Shown here: positions 38,085 to 52,000 of the stretch, one piece after another
Layout of the letters: every line of letters begins with the position of its first letter
Numbering within the stretch: position 1 is the first letter of the stretch
NCBI RefSeq assembly: GCF_018350175.1
Contig: NC_058383.1
Span: 24,926,001 to 24,990,000 of the forward strand
Reading direction: 5' to 3'
Length of the DNA stretch: 64,000 nucleotides
Source of the DNA: Felis catus
Taxonomy: Eukaryota
The notes under the pieces: generated by a model
Told to the model about the DNA's origin: nothing
Seen by the model: only the letters and a program-made list of their open reading frames with translations
Databases searched by the model: none
Position numbers and translations under genes: made by a program

Positions 38085-38847
38085 TGTCATAGACTCTGTC
38101 TAAAGTTCTCTCTTGGCCAGCAAGAGAGCAGATGCAGGATTAAAATGCGGGAGATGGCTAATGTCCAGGAAAAGACAAGAGCCCCGAATAAGGGTCCTTG
38201 CCCTGTTTTTATTAGGATCAGACGGCTTATAAACATGGTGATGGACATGAACAAAGAGACAATGAAACTGTGAACATTAACTCATGGGCGTGAGGGAAAG
38301 GGGGTCTTGAAGATATTCGGGATTAGGGGTTTGGGTTAATAGAAAACAAAATCCTGGCCCAGGAAGCCGGGTGGATTATTGTTGACAGCAGACGTGAGGC
38401 ACCACCTCTGTTTATCTTAGCTAGCCTAGGGGATGAAACAGAGAAAATAACCTCAGGGTTAACAAGGCACCTTTTCTTTTGTTAATCAGCTCCCATCTCG
38501 GCAGCATTACCCACAGAGCAGTGGTCTATAGCCCGAGTTACCTTTTTACCTAATTTAGTCCTTTCTTCCTGTGAAAGCAGTTTTCTGCTATAGTGCTAAC
38601 TTGGGGGGGGGGGGGGGGCGCTTCTGCCCTGAATACCTAATCTTATTTATTTTATGTACCTATGTTCTATATTGGGGCCTTTGCCCTGCCCTCTCTATAC
38701 TGGGGCTTCGGCTCCACCTTCCCTATACTTATTTACCTAATCTTGTTTACCCAAACTTGGGTGTGAGCATCCTATGGCTTTGTAATTCTTTATGCCTTGT
38801 TAACCCATTGGTGTAAGCCCAGGGTGTTTCAAAGCTTATTCCCAACA
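38085..38847 (-). mobile_element. Solo LTR of an endogenous retrovirus, 763 bp, probably class II
   Basis: TG...CA termini; perfect 6-bp TSD GTTGTC at 38079-38084 and 38848-38853; minus-strand TATAA at 38231-38227 and AATAAA at 38213-38208. Confidence 0.88.
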
Positions 38848-39200
38848 GTTGTCCATATGTTTGAAGGTCCATTTCTGGGTTCTCTATTCTGTTCCATTGA
38901 TCTGTGTGTCTGTTTTTGTGACAGTACCATACTATCTTGATGATTACAGCTCTGTAATAGACCAAAAAGTCCAGAATTGTGATATTTCCAAGTTTGTTTT
39001 TCTTTTTCAACATTTCTTTGGCTATTCGGGGTCTTTGCAATACATACAAATTTTAGGATTGTAGTTCTAGCTCTGTGAAGAATTCTGGTGTTATTTTGAT
39101 AGTGATTGCATTGAATGTGTAGCTTGCTGTGAGTAGTATTGACATTTTAACAATATTTGCCTTTCTATTCCATGAGCATTAAAAGTTTTTCCGTTTCTTT

Positions 39201-42200
39201 TTTTTTTAATATGAAATTTATTGTCAAATTGGTTTCCATACAACACCCTGTGCTCATCCCAACAGGTACCCTCCTCAGTACCCATCACCCACCCTCTCCT
39301 CCCTCCCATCCCTCATCAACCCTCAGTTTATTCTCAGTTTTTAAGAGTCTCTTATGGTTTGGCTCCCTCCCACTCTAACCTTTTTGTTTTCTTCCCCTCC
39401 CCCATGGTCTTCTGGTAAGTTTCTCAGGATCCACATAAGAGTGAAAACGTATGCTATCTGTCTTTCTCTGTATGACTTATTTCACTTAGCATAACACTCT
39501 CCAGTTCCATCCATGTTGCTACAAAAGGCCATATTTCATTCATTCATTGCCACGTAGTATTCCATTGTGTGTATAAACCACAATTTCTTTATCCATTCGT
39601 CAGTTGATGGACATTTAGGCTCTTTCCATAATTTGGCTATTGTTGAAAGTGCTGCTATAAACATTGGGGTACAAGTGCCCCTATGCATCAGCACTCCTGC
39701 ATCCCTTGGGTGAATTCCTAGCAGTGCTATTGCTGGGCCATAGGGTAGATCTATTTTTAATTTTTTGAGGAACCTCCACCCTGTTTTCCAGAGTGGCTGC
39801 ACCAGTTTGCTTTCCCACCAACAGTGCAAGAGGGTTCCCATTTCTCCACAACCTTGCCAGCGTCTATAGTCTCCTGATTTGTTCATTTTAGCCACTCTGA
39901 CTGGCATGAGGTGGTATCTCAGTGTGGTTTTAATTTGTATTTCCCTGATGAGGAGCGATGTTGAGCATCTTTTCATGTGCCTGTTGGCCATCGGGATGTC
40001 TTCTTTAGAGAAGTGTCTATTCATGTTTTCTGCCCATTCCTTCACTGGATTATTTGTTTTTCAGGTGTGGAGTTTGGTGAGCTTCTTATAGATTTTGGAT
40101 ACTAGCCCATTGTCCAATATATCATTTGCAAACATCTTTTCCCATTCCGTCATTTGCCTTTTAGTTTTGTTGATTGTTTCCTTTGCAGTGCAGAAGCTTT
40201 TTATTTTCATGAGGTCCCAATAGTTCATTTTTGCTTTTAATTCTCTTGCCGTTGGGGATGTGTCAAGTAAGAAACTGCTGCGGCTGAGGTCAGAGAGGTT
40301 TTTTCCTGCTTTTCCTCTAGGGTTTTGATGGTTTCCTGTCTCACATTCAGGTCCTTTATCCATTTTGAGTTTATTTTTGTGAATGGTGTAAGAAAATGGT
40401 CTAGTTTCATCCTTCTGCATTACATGTTGCTGTCCAGTTCTCCCAGCACCATTCATTAAAGAGACTATCTTTTTTCCATTGGATATTCTTTTCTGCTTTG
40501 TCAAAGGTTAGTTGGCCATACTTTTGTGGGTCTAATTCTGGGGTTTCTATTCTATTCCATTGGTCTATGTGTCTGTTTTTGTGCTAATACCATGCTGTCT
40601 TGATGATTACAGCTTTGTAGTAGAGGCTAAAATCTGGGATTGTGATGCCTCCCACTTTGGTCTTCTTCTTCAATATTACTTTGGCTATTCGGGGTCTTTT
40701 GTGGTTCCATACAAATTTTAGGATTACTTGTTCTAGCTTCGAGAAGAATGCTGGTGTAATTTTGATTGGGATTGCCTTGAATGTGTAGATGGCTTTGGGT
40801 AGTATTGACATTTTAACAATATTTATTCTTCCAACCCATGAGCACAGAATGTTTTTCCATTTCTTTATATCTTCTTCAATTTCCTTCATAAGCTTTCTAT
40901 AGTTTTCAGCATACAGATCTTTTACATCTTTGGTTAGGTTTATTCCTAGGTATTGTATGCTTCTTGGTGCAATTGTGAATGGGATCAGTTTCTTTATTTG
41001 TCCTTCTGTTGCTTCATTATTAGTGTATAAGAATGCAACTGATTTCCGTATGTTGATTTTGTATCCTGTGACTTTGCTGAATTCACTTATCAGTTCTAGC
41101 AGACTTTTGGTGGAGTCTATAGGGTTTTCCATGTATAATATCATGTCATCTGCAAAAGTGAAAGCTTGACTTCTTCATCTTTGCCAATTTTGATGCCTTT
41201 GCTTTCCTTTCGTCATCTGATTGCTGATGCTAGAACTTCCAATGCTATGTTAAACACCGTGGTGAGAATGGACATCCTTGTCATGTTCCTCATCTCAGGG
41301 GGAAAGCTCTCAGTTTTTCCCCATTGAGGAAGATATTAGCTGTGGGCTTTTCATAAATGATTTTTATGATGTTTAAGTATGTTCCTTCTATCCCGACTTT
41401 CTCAAGGGTTTTTATTAAGAAAGGATGCTGAATTTTGTCAAATGCTTTTTCTGCATCAATTGACAGGATTACATTGTTCTTTTCTTTTATTAATGTGATG
41501 TATCACATTGATTGATTTGTGAATGTTGAACCAGCCCTGTATCCCAGGAATGAATCCCACTTGATCATGGTGAATAATTCTTTTCATATGCTGTTGAATT
41601 CAATTTGCTAGTATCTTGTTGAGAATTTCTGCATCCATATTCATCAGGGATATTGGCCTGTAGTTCTCTTTTTTTACTGGGTCTCTGTCTGGTTTAGGAA
41701 TCAAAGTAATGCTGGCTTCATAGAAGGAGTCTGGAAGTTTTCCTTCCCTTTCTTTTTTTTTTTTTTTTTTGGAACAGCTTGAGAAGGATAGGTATTATCT
41801 GTGCTTTAAATGTCTGGTAGAATTCCCCTGGGAAGCCATCTGGTCCTGGACTCTTATTTGTTGGGAGATTTTTGATAACTGATTCAATTTCTTTGCTGGT
41901 TGTGGGTCTGTTCAAGTTTTCTATTTCTTCCTATTTGAGTTTTGGAAGTGTGTGGGTGCTTAGGAATTTGTCCATTTCTTTCAGGTTGTCCAGTTTGTTG
42001 GCATATAATTTTTCCTAGTATTCCCTGATAATTGCTTGTGTCTCTGAGGGATTGGTTATAATAATTGCATTTTCATTCATGATTTTATCTATTTGGGTCA
42101 TCTCCCTTTTCTTTTTGAAAAGCCTGGCTAGAGGTTTATCAATTTTGTTTCTACTTTCAAAACGCCAACTCTTGGTTTCATTGATCTGCTCTACAGTTTA

Positions 42201-45152
42201 TTTTAGATTATATGTTGTTTATTTCTGCTCTGAAATTTATTATTTCTCTTCTTCTGCTGGGTTTGGGGTGTCTTTGCTGTTCTGCTTCTATTTCCTTTAG
42301 GTGTGCCGTTAGATTTTGTATTTGGGATTTTTCTTGTTTCTTGAGATAGGCCTGGATTGCAATGTATTTTCCCTCAGGACTGCCTTCACTGCATCCCAAA
42401 GAGTTTGGGTTGTTGTATTTTCATTTGTTTCCATATATTTTTTAATTTCTCCTCTAATTGCCTGGTTGACCCATTGATTCTTTAATAGGGTGTTCTTTAA
42501 CCTCCATGCTTTTGGAGGTTTTCCAGACTTTTTCCTGTGGTTGATTTCAAGCTTCATAGCATTGTGATCTGAAAGTGTGGATGGTATGATCTCAGTTCTT
42601 TATACTTATGAAGGGCTGTCTTGTGACCCAGTATGCGATCTCTCTTGGAAAATGTTCCATGTGCACTTGAGAAGAAAGTATATTCTGTTGCTTTGGGATG
42701 CAGAGTTCTAAATATATCTGTCAAGTCCATATGATCCAATGTATCATTCACGGCCCTTGTTTCTTTATTGATCCTGTGTCTAGATGATCTATCCATTGTT
42801 GTAAGTGGAGTATTAAAGTCCCCTGCAATTACCACATTCTTATCAATAAGGTGGCTTATGTTTGTGAGTAATTGTTTTATATATTTGGGGGCTCCTATAT
42901 TTGGCACATAGACATTTATAATTGTTAGCTCTTCCTGATAGGTATACCCTGTAATTATTATATAATGCCCCTTTTCATCTCTTGTTACAGCCTTTAATTT
43001 AAAGTCTAGTTTGTCTGATATAAGTATGGCTACTCCAGCTTTCTTTTGACTTCTTTTGACTAGCATGATAGATAGTTCTCCATCCCCTCACTTTCAATCT
43101 GAAGGTGTCCTCAGGTCTAAAATGAGTCTCCTGTGGACAGCAAATAGATGGGTCTTGTTTTCTTATCCATGCTGATACCCTATGTCTTTTGGTTGGAGCA
43201 TTTAATCCATTTACATTCAGTGTTATTATTGAAACATATGGATTTAGAGTCATTATGATGTCTGCAGGTTTCATGCTTGTAGTGAGGTCTCTGGTACTTT
43301 GTGGTCCTTGCAACATTTCACTCACAGAAACCTCCTTAGGATCTCATGTAGGGCTGGTTTAGTGGTGATGAATTCCTTCAGTTTTTGTTTGTTCGGCAAG
43401 ACCTTTATCTCTCCTTCTATTCTGAATGACAGACTTGCTGGATAAAGGATTCTCAGCTGCATATTTTTTTTCTGTTCATCACATTGAATATTTCCTGCCA
43501 TTCCTTTCTGGCCTGCCAAGTTTCAATAGATAGGTCTGCCACTAGTCTTATGGGTCTCCCTTTACATGTTAGTGCCTGTTTATCCCTAGCTGCTTTCAGA
43601 ATTTTCTCTTTATCCTTGTATTTTGCCATTTTCACTATGATACATCATGCAAAAGATTGATTCAAGTTATGTCTGAAGGGAGTTCTCTGTGCCTCTTGGA
43701 TTTCAATGCCTTTTTCCTTCCTCAGATTAGGGAAGTTCTCAGCTGTGATTTAAGTACACCTTTAGCCCCTTTCTCTCTCTCTTCCTCTTCTGGAACTCCT
43801 ATTATATGGATGTTGTTCCATTTGATTGCATCACTTAGTTCTCTAATTTTGCCCTCCTACTCCTGGATTTTTTTTATCTCACTTTTTCTCAGCTTCCTCT
43901 TTTTCCATAATTTTATCTTCTAATTCACCTATTCTCTCTTCTGCCTCTTCAATCTGAGCTGTGGTCACCTCCATTTTATTTTGCACCTCATTTATAGTAT
44001 TTTTTAGCTCCTCCTGACTATTGCTTAGTCCCTTGATCTCTGTAGCAATAGATTCTCTGCTGTCCTCTATGCTTTTTTCAAGTCCAGCGATTAATTTTAT
44101 GACTATTATTCTAAATTCTTGTTCTGTTATATTGCTTAAATCTTTTTTGATCAATTCGTTAGCTGTCGCTACTTTCTGGAGTTTCTTTTGAGGAGAATTC
44201 TTCTGCTTCGTCATTTTTGATAGTCCCTGGGGTGGCGTGGAACTGCAGGGCACTTCCCCTGTGCTGTCTGGTGTACCTTGTGTTGGTGGGCAGGGCCACA
44301 GTCAGACCTGATGTCTGTCCCCAGCCCACCAATGGGGCCACAGTCAGACTGGTGTGTACCTTACCTTCCCTTCTCCCAGGAGCAGGACTCACTGTGGAGT
44401 GGTGTGGCCCCTGTCTGGGCTACTTGCATACCGCCAGGCTTGTGGTGCTGCTTTGATGGGATCTGGCATATTAGCCGGGCCGCAAGGTGCACAGGGGTGG
44501 GAGAGCCAGGCTTAGCTCACTTTGCCATAGGTGGTCCCCTGCAGTAAGGGCCCTCTAATACCGGGACGGAGGCAGACCCATCAGATGGATGGATCCACAG
44601 AAGTATAGCGTTGGGTGTTTGCACAGTGAAAGCAAGTTTGGTGATGGGAACTGGTTCCCTTTGGGATTTTGGCTGGGGGATGGGAAAGGGATATGGAGCT
44701 TGCCAGTGCCTTTGTTCCCCACCAAGCTGAACTCTGTCCTCCAGGGCTCAGCAACTCTCCCTCCCGGTGCCCTCCCACCCTCCCTGCTCTCTGAGAGCAG
44801 ACCTGTTGACCTTTAACGTTCCAGATGTTAAGTCCCACTGGCTGTCAGAACTCACACAGTCCAGCCTCTCTGCTTTTGCAAGCCAGACTTCAGGTGCTCT
44901 GCCTTGCAGGGCAGTCTGCCCCTCCACCTCCTTGGCTCCCTTCTGCTTGTCCGTGTAGCACGCACTGCCTCTCCACCCTTCCTACCCTCTTCCGTGGGCC
45001 TCTTGTCTACACTTGGCTCCAGAGAGTCCCTTCTGCTAGTCTTCTGGCAGTTTTCTGGGTTATTTAGGCAGATGTGGGTGGAATCTATGTGATCAGCAGG
45101 ACGAGGTGAGGCCAGAGTTCTCCTACGCTGCCATCTTCCTACCTATAATCTC
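39201..45152 (-). mobile_element. Full-length LINE-1, frameshifted (inactive), related to the element at 14113-20030
   Basis: 18-bp TSD AAGTTTTTCC(G/A)TTTCTTT at 39183-39200 and 45153-45170; 5' UTR present; ORF1 and ORF2 split into many short ORFs. Confidence 0.95.
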
Positions 45153-45897
45153 AAGTTTTTCCATTTCTTTGTGTCTTCTTTAATTTATTTCATAAGCTTT
45201 CTATTATTCTTAGTGTATTGATCTTTTACCTCTTTGGTTAGGTTTATCCCTATATATTTTATGGTTTTCACTGCAATTGTAAATGGGATTGATTCCTTGA
45301 TTTTTCTTTTTGCTGCTTCATCATTGGTGCATAGCAATGCAACCAATTTCTATATATTGATTTTATATAACCTGAGACTTTCCTGAATTCCTGTATTAGT
45401 TCTAGAAGTATTCTGGTGGTGCCTTTTGGGTTTTCCATGCGAGTTTCTAGTCTACCAAGTGTGAAAGTTTGACTTCCTCCTTGCCAATTTGGATGCCTTT
45501 TTTTGCTTTTTGTTTTCTGACTGCTTAGGTTAGGACTTTCAACAGTATGTTGAGTAACAGTGGCGAGTGTGGACATCCCTGTCATGTTTTTTTATCTCTG
45601 GAGAAAGGTCTCATGTTTTCCCCATTGAAGATGATATTAGCTGTGGGACTTTCATATGTGGACATTATGATGTTGTGGCATGATCCTTCTATCCCTCCTA
45701 TCTTGAGGTTGTTTTTTTTTTTTTAATCAAGAAAGGATGCTGTATTTTGTCAAATGCTTTTCCTGCAACTATCGAGAGGATCATGTGGTTCTTATCCTTT
45801 CTTTTATTAATGTGATGTATCACATGAATTGATTTGCAGATATGGAAACAGCCTTGCATCCCAGGAACCAATGTGACTTCATTGTGGTGAATAGTTC

Positions 45898-45935
<38 letters not shown>

Positions 45936-47498
45936 TTTAATGTTTGTTTATTTTTGAAGGAGAGAGAGAGTGCAAGAGGGGGAGGGTAGAGAAAGAGAGG
46001 GAGACACAGAATTGTAAGCTGGCTTGAGACTCTTAGCTGTCAGCACAGAGCCTGACACAGAGCTCGAACTCACAGACCAGAAGATCATGAACTAAGCCAA
46101 AGTCAGACGGTTAAACAACTGAGCCACCCAGGTGCCCCTCATAATTATTTTTATGTATTTTTGGACTCAGTTTGCTAATTTATTGTTGAGAAATTCTGCA
46201 TCCAGTTTCATCAGGGAAACTGCTCTGTAGGTCTCCTTTTTAGTGGGGTCTTTGTCCAGTTTTGGACTCAAGGCAATCCTGGTCTCATAGAATGAGTTTG
46301 TAAGTGTTCCTTCCATTTCTATTTTTGGAAGAGCTTCAAAAGAATAGGTGTTAACTATATGTGTTAACTAACTTGGATGTAAATTAAAAAAAATCAAATT
46401 AAATAAAAATTTTAAAAAAAGAGTATGTGTTAACTCTTCTTAAATTTTTGGTAGAATTCCCCTGGAAAGCCACCTGGCCCTGGACTCTTGGTTGTTGGGA
46501 GATTTTTGATTACTGATTCCATTTATTTAGTGGTTTTGGCTCTGTTCACATATTCTGTTTCTTCCTGTTTCATTTTTGGTAGTTTGTATGTTTCTAGAAA
46601 TTTGTCCATTTCTTCCAGATTGCTCAATTTGTTGGCATATAATTTCTCTATTATTGTTTGTATTTCTGCAGTGTTGGTTGTGATTTCTCCTCTTTCATTT
46701 CCCCTCTTTCATTTTGTTGATTTGAGTCCTTTCCTTTTTCTTTTTGATCAAGCTGGCTAGGGGTTTATGAATGTTGTTAATTCTTTCAAAGAACAAGCTC
46801 CTCGTTTTGTTGATCTGTTCTACTGATATTTTTTATTTCGATATCCTTGACATCTGCCCTAATCTTTATTATTTCCCTTCTTCTTATGTTTGGGCTTTAT
46901 TTGCTGTTCTTTTTCCAGCTCCTTTAGGTGTAGGGTTATGTTGTGCATTTGATGCCTTTCTTCCTTTTTAGGAAGGTCTGTATTACTGTATACCTCTCTC
47001 TTTTCTTTTTCTTATTAACAATGCTTTAGTGGTAGAATACAATAAAACCATGTCTTAAAGATCAAAGAGTTATTTTGAATTGTCAATTATATATCCAGCT
47101 AAACTATTATCAAGAACAAAGGCCAGATAAAAACATTTTCAAACACACGAGCACTCAGCAAGTTTACTTGATATGCACTGTTTCTGAAATTGTTACTGTC
47201 ATATCCAGACAAAAAATATAGGCTCTAAGAAAGAGAAGAGTAAACTCAAAAGTTCAGTGAAAGGAGTTCTAAGGATGATAGTTTGTCAGTAGGTCTAGAA
47301 CAGCTGGTCTGTATTTGAACATGATTTGCTAACCTTTTAATGCAGATCAATTTAGCTTTTAACCTCTGTTCAATTTATATATCAGGTCTATATTTCATAT
47401 CTAAAACTTTAAATAAAAATAAACCTACTTTAGGCCTCTATTCATAACTGTTTAAAGAACTGCAATTTTACTTTACTTTAAATACATAGCCCAGATGA

Positions 47499-47720
47499 GG
47501 GGCGCCTGGGTGGCGCAGTCGGTTAAGCATCCGACTTCAGCCAGGTCACAATCTCGCGGTCCGTGAGTTCGAGCCCCGCATCAGGCTCTGGGCTGATGGC
47601 TCAGAGCCTGGAGCCTGTTTCCGATTCTGTGTCTCCCTCTCTCTCTGCCCCTCCCCCGTTCATGCTCTGTCTCTCTCTGTCCCAAAAATAAATAAACATT
47701 GAAAAAAAATTTTTTTTAAA
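47499..47720 (+). mobile_element. Young feliform Can-SINE
   Basis: GGGGCGCCTGGGTGGCGCAGTCGGTTAAG head, many CpGs retained, perfect TSD TAAATACATAGCCCAGATGA at 47479-47498 and 47721-47740. Confidence 0.97.
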
Positions 47721-48606
47721 TAAATACATAGCCCAGATGAAATTTTTAGGAGTTAAATCCTGCTGGTATGTTTACAAATGTACCCCAGATGTTCTGAATG
47801 TGATCTTATCTCCCAATTAAGGAATGTACTCAACTCAATTGTCATCCACACATTGAAACCCAGAACAAATTGATAAATGGGTTTTTACTTATTGTAAGTG
47901 CTGCAATTAAGAAGTATGAATACTAGTTGCCTAAGCATTCCACCTTCATAAGGAAATAAGTAAACAAATGTGTCAAAATTAATATAATGAATTTTTATTG
48001 TAGTATTCAGTGTATTCATTCAAAAAAATACTTGAGGCATTTATCAGTTAGAAAATTTAAAAGAAAGAAGCAGTCTAAATACATAAAAGTAAGTCACGGG
48101 ATAAAGAAAATTATATTCATACATTTTGTCACTAACATTGATGATGGCATAGAAATATATTTGTTAAAAATGAGAAGTCTTCTAATACACATGTAATGGA
48201 GAAAAGCAAATTATGTCATATGATCTCTTTTATATAGATAGATAACAGAAAGATTGGTTGATAAATAGATAGATTGGTTGATAAATAGACAAAGTATCTT
48301 CTTCCTGGTTATCCACAGTTTTTCTATCCTTCTGGATTTGTCCTTCTCTTGAGACCATCTCTTCCATAGCATCAGGATGTAATTTTTTGTCCTCTAACCC
48401 CTCCTGAGGGTGCCCTTCCTCTAGCACATCTTGGATAAAGACATTTACCACATAATTGTGCCCATATCACTCTTCAGTGCTGCCTCCTTCCATGCCTCTG
48501 CTAGATCACTCAGGCTTCTCCTCCTTTGCTGCCATTTTCGTACTACAATCCCTTCCTTCTCTAAAGAGCATTAAGTTTTTACATGTATGTGGGGGGTTTT
48601 GGCATT

Positions 48607-48645
<39 letters not shown>

Positions 48646-49034
48646 TATTTTTAATTTAATTAATTTAATTTAATTTAATTTTTTAAAAATTTACATCCAC
48701 ATTAGTTAGTATATAGTACAACAATGATTTCAGGAGTAGATTCCTTAGTGCCCCTTACCCATTTAGCCCAGCCCCCCTCCCACAACCCCTCCAGTAACCT
48801 GTTTGTTCTCCATATTTATGAGTCTCTTCTGTTTTGTTCCCTCCCTGTTTTTATATTATTTTTGTTTCCCTTCCCTTATGTTCCTCTGTTTTGTCTCTTA
48901 CAGTCCTCATATGAGTGAAGTCATATGATATTTGTCTTTCTCTGACTAATTTCACTTAGCATAATACCCTCCAGCTCCATCCACATAGTTGCAAATGGCA
49001 AGATTTCATTCTTTTTGATTGCCGAGTAATACTC

Positions 49035-49044
49035 CACACACACA

Positions 49045-49075
<31 letters not shown>

Positions 49076-49082
49076 GCGCGCG
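49035..49082. repeat. (CA)13(CG)11 compound microsatellite
   Basis: Direct reading. Confidence 0.95.
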
Positions 49083-52000
49083 CCACTTCTTCCTTATCCA
49101 TATTTATCCGTCAATGGACATTTGGGCTCTTTCCATACTTGGGCTATTGTTGATAGTGCTGCTATAAACATGGGGGTGTATGTGTCCCTTCGAAACAGCA
49201 CACTTGTATCCCTTGGATAAATACCTAGTAGTGCAAATTCTGTTGAACATTTTTTCATGTGTCAGTTAGCCATCTGGATGTCTTCTTTGGAGAAGTGTCT
49301 ATTCATGTCTTTTGCCCATTTCTTCACTGGATTATTTGGGGTTTTTTGGGGGGTGTTGAGTTTGATAAGTTCTTTATAGATTTTGGATACTGACCCTTTA
49401 TCTTATATATCATTTGCAAATATCTTCTCCCATTCTGTCAGTTGCCTTTTAGTTTTGCTGATTGTTTCCTTTGCTATGCAGAAGCTTTTTATTTTGATGA
49501 GGTCCCAGTAGTTCATATTTGCTTTTGTTTCCCTTGCCTCCAGAGACGTGTTGAGGAAGAAGTTGCTGTGGCCAAGATCAAAGAGGTTTTTGCCTGCTTT
49601 CTCCTCAAGGATTTTGAATGGCTTCCTGTCTTCCATTTAGGTCTCTCATCCATGTTGAGTTTATTTTTGTGTATGGTGTAAGAAAGTCTTCCAGGTTCAT
49701 TCTTCTGCATGTTGCTGTCCAGGTTTCCCAGCACCACTTGCTGAAGAGACTGTCTTTATTCCATTGGATATTCTTTCCTGCTTCATCAAAGATTAGTTGG
49801 CCATACGTTTGTGGGTCCATTTCTGGGTTCTCTATTCTGTTCCATTTATTTGAGTGTTCTTGTGCCAGTAGCATACTGTCTTGATGATTACAGCTTTGTA
49901 GTATAGCTTGAAGTCCAGGATGGTGATGCCTCCTCCTCTGGTTTTCTTTTTCAAGATTGCTTTGGCTATTTGGGGTCTTTTCTGGTTCCATACAAATTTT
50001 AGGATTATTTGTTCTAGCTCTGTGAAGAATGCTGGTGTTACTTTGATAGGGATTGCATTGAATATGTACATTGCTTTGGGTAGTGTTGACATGTTAACAA
50101 TATTTGTTCTTCCTATCCAGGAGCATGGAATCTTTTTCCATTTTTTTGTGTGTCTTATTCACTTTCTTTCATAAGCTTTTTACAGTTTTCAGTGTACAGG
50201 TTTTTCACTTCTTTGGTTAGATTTATTCCTAGGTATTTATGGTTTTTGGTGCAACTGTAAATGGGATTAATTACTTGATTTCTCTTTCTGTTGCTTCATT
50301 GTTGGTGGAATGAAGAGGAATGCAACCGATTTCTGTGCATTGATTTTATATCCTGCAACTTTGCTGAATTCATGGATCTGTTAGAGCAGTTTTCTGGTGG
50401 AATCTTTTGGGCTTTCTATATAGAGTATCATGTCATCTGCAAAGAGTGAAGTTTCGACCTCCTCCTGGCTGATTTGGTTGTCTTTAATTTCTTTGTGTTG
50501 TCTGATTGCAGAGGCTAAGACTTCCAATACTATGTTGAATAACAGTGGCAAGAGTGGACATCCCTGTCTTGTTCCTGACCTGTCAGTTTTTCCCCATTGA
50601 GGATTATATTAGCATTGGGTCGTTCATATTTGGCCTTTATGATCTCGAGGTATGATCCTTCTATCCCTACTTGAGGGTTTTTATCAAGAAAGGATGCTGT
50701 ATTTTGTTAAGGCTTTCTCTGCATCTATTGAGAGGATCATATGGTTCTTGTCCTTTCTTTTATTGATGTGATGAATCACGTTAATTGTTTTGCAGATATT
50801 GAACCAGCCCTGCATCCCAGGTATAAATCCCACTTGGTCGTGGTGAATAATTTTTTTAACGTATTGTTGCATCTGGTTGGGTAATACCTTGTTGAGGATT
50901 TTTGCATCCATGTTCATTAGGTAAAACAGTCCATAGTTCTCCTTTTTAGTGGGGTCTCTGTCTGGTTTTGGAATCAAGGTAATCCTGGCCTCATAGAAAA
51001 CGTTTGGAAGTTTTCCTTCCATCTCTACTTTTTGGAACAGCTTCAAGAGAATAGGTGTCAACTCTTCCTTAAATGTTTGTTAGAATTCCCCTGGAAAGCC
51101 ATCTGGCCCTGGACTCTAGTTTTTTGGCAGATTTTTGATTACTAATTTGATTTCCTAACTGGTTATGGGTCTGTACAAATTTTCTATTTCTTCCTGTTTC
51201 AGTTTTGGTAGTGTATATGTTTCTAGGAATTTGTCCATTTCTTCCAGACTGCCAATTTTATTGGCATATAATTGCTCATATTATTCTCTTATTATTGTCT
51301 TTATTTCTGCTGTGTTGGTTGTGATCTCTCCTCTTTCATTCTTGATTTTATATATTTGGGTCCTTTCCTTTTTCTTGTTGATCAAGCTGGCTAGTGGTTT
51401 ATCAATTTGGTTAATTCTTTCAAAGAATCAGCTTCTGGTTTCATTGATCTCTTCTGTTTTTTTTGGTTTCTAAAATTTTGTTTAATGTTTATTTTTATTT
51501 TTGAGAGAGATAGAGACAGAATGTGAGTGGGTTAGGGACAGAGAGAGATGGAGACACAGAATCCGAAGCTGGCTCCAGGCTCTGAGCTTTCAGCACAGAG
51601 CCCAATGTGGGGCTCGATCTCACAAGCTGTGAGATCATGACCTGAGCCGAAGTCAGACGCTCAACCAACTGAGCCACCCAGGCACCCCTGTTTTTTTGGT
51701 TTTGATAACATTAATTTCTGCTCTAATCTTTATTATTTCCTGTATTCTGCTGTTTGGGGGTTTTATTTGCTGTTCTTTTTGCAGCTCCTTAAGGCATAAG
51801 GTTAGGTTGTGTATCTGAGATCTTTCTTCCTTCTTTAGGAAGGCCTGGATTGCTATATACTTTCCTCTTATGACTGCCTTTGTTGCATCCCAGAGGTTTT
51901 GGGATGTGGTGTTATCATTTTTATTGACTTCCATATACTTTTTAATTTCCTCCTTAACTGCTTGGTTAGCCCATTCATTCTTTAGTAGGATGTTCTTCAG

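Larger units (their letters stand above)
36720..46990 (-). mobile_element. Older 5'-truncated L1, host of the solo LTR, the full-length L1 and a SINE (about 45935-46138)
   Basis: 3' UTR at about 36720; ORF2 sequence resumes co-linearly after each insertion. Confidence 0.88.

Noticed and set aside
39536..44253. RT, endonuclease and ORF1-like ORFs as separate genes
   Set aside because: Frameshifted pieces of one dead L1.
47499..47580. tRNA-like A and B boxes
   Set aside because: tRNA-derived head of a Can-SINE, not a tRNA gene. The same applies to the other SINEs.
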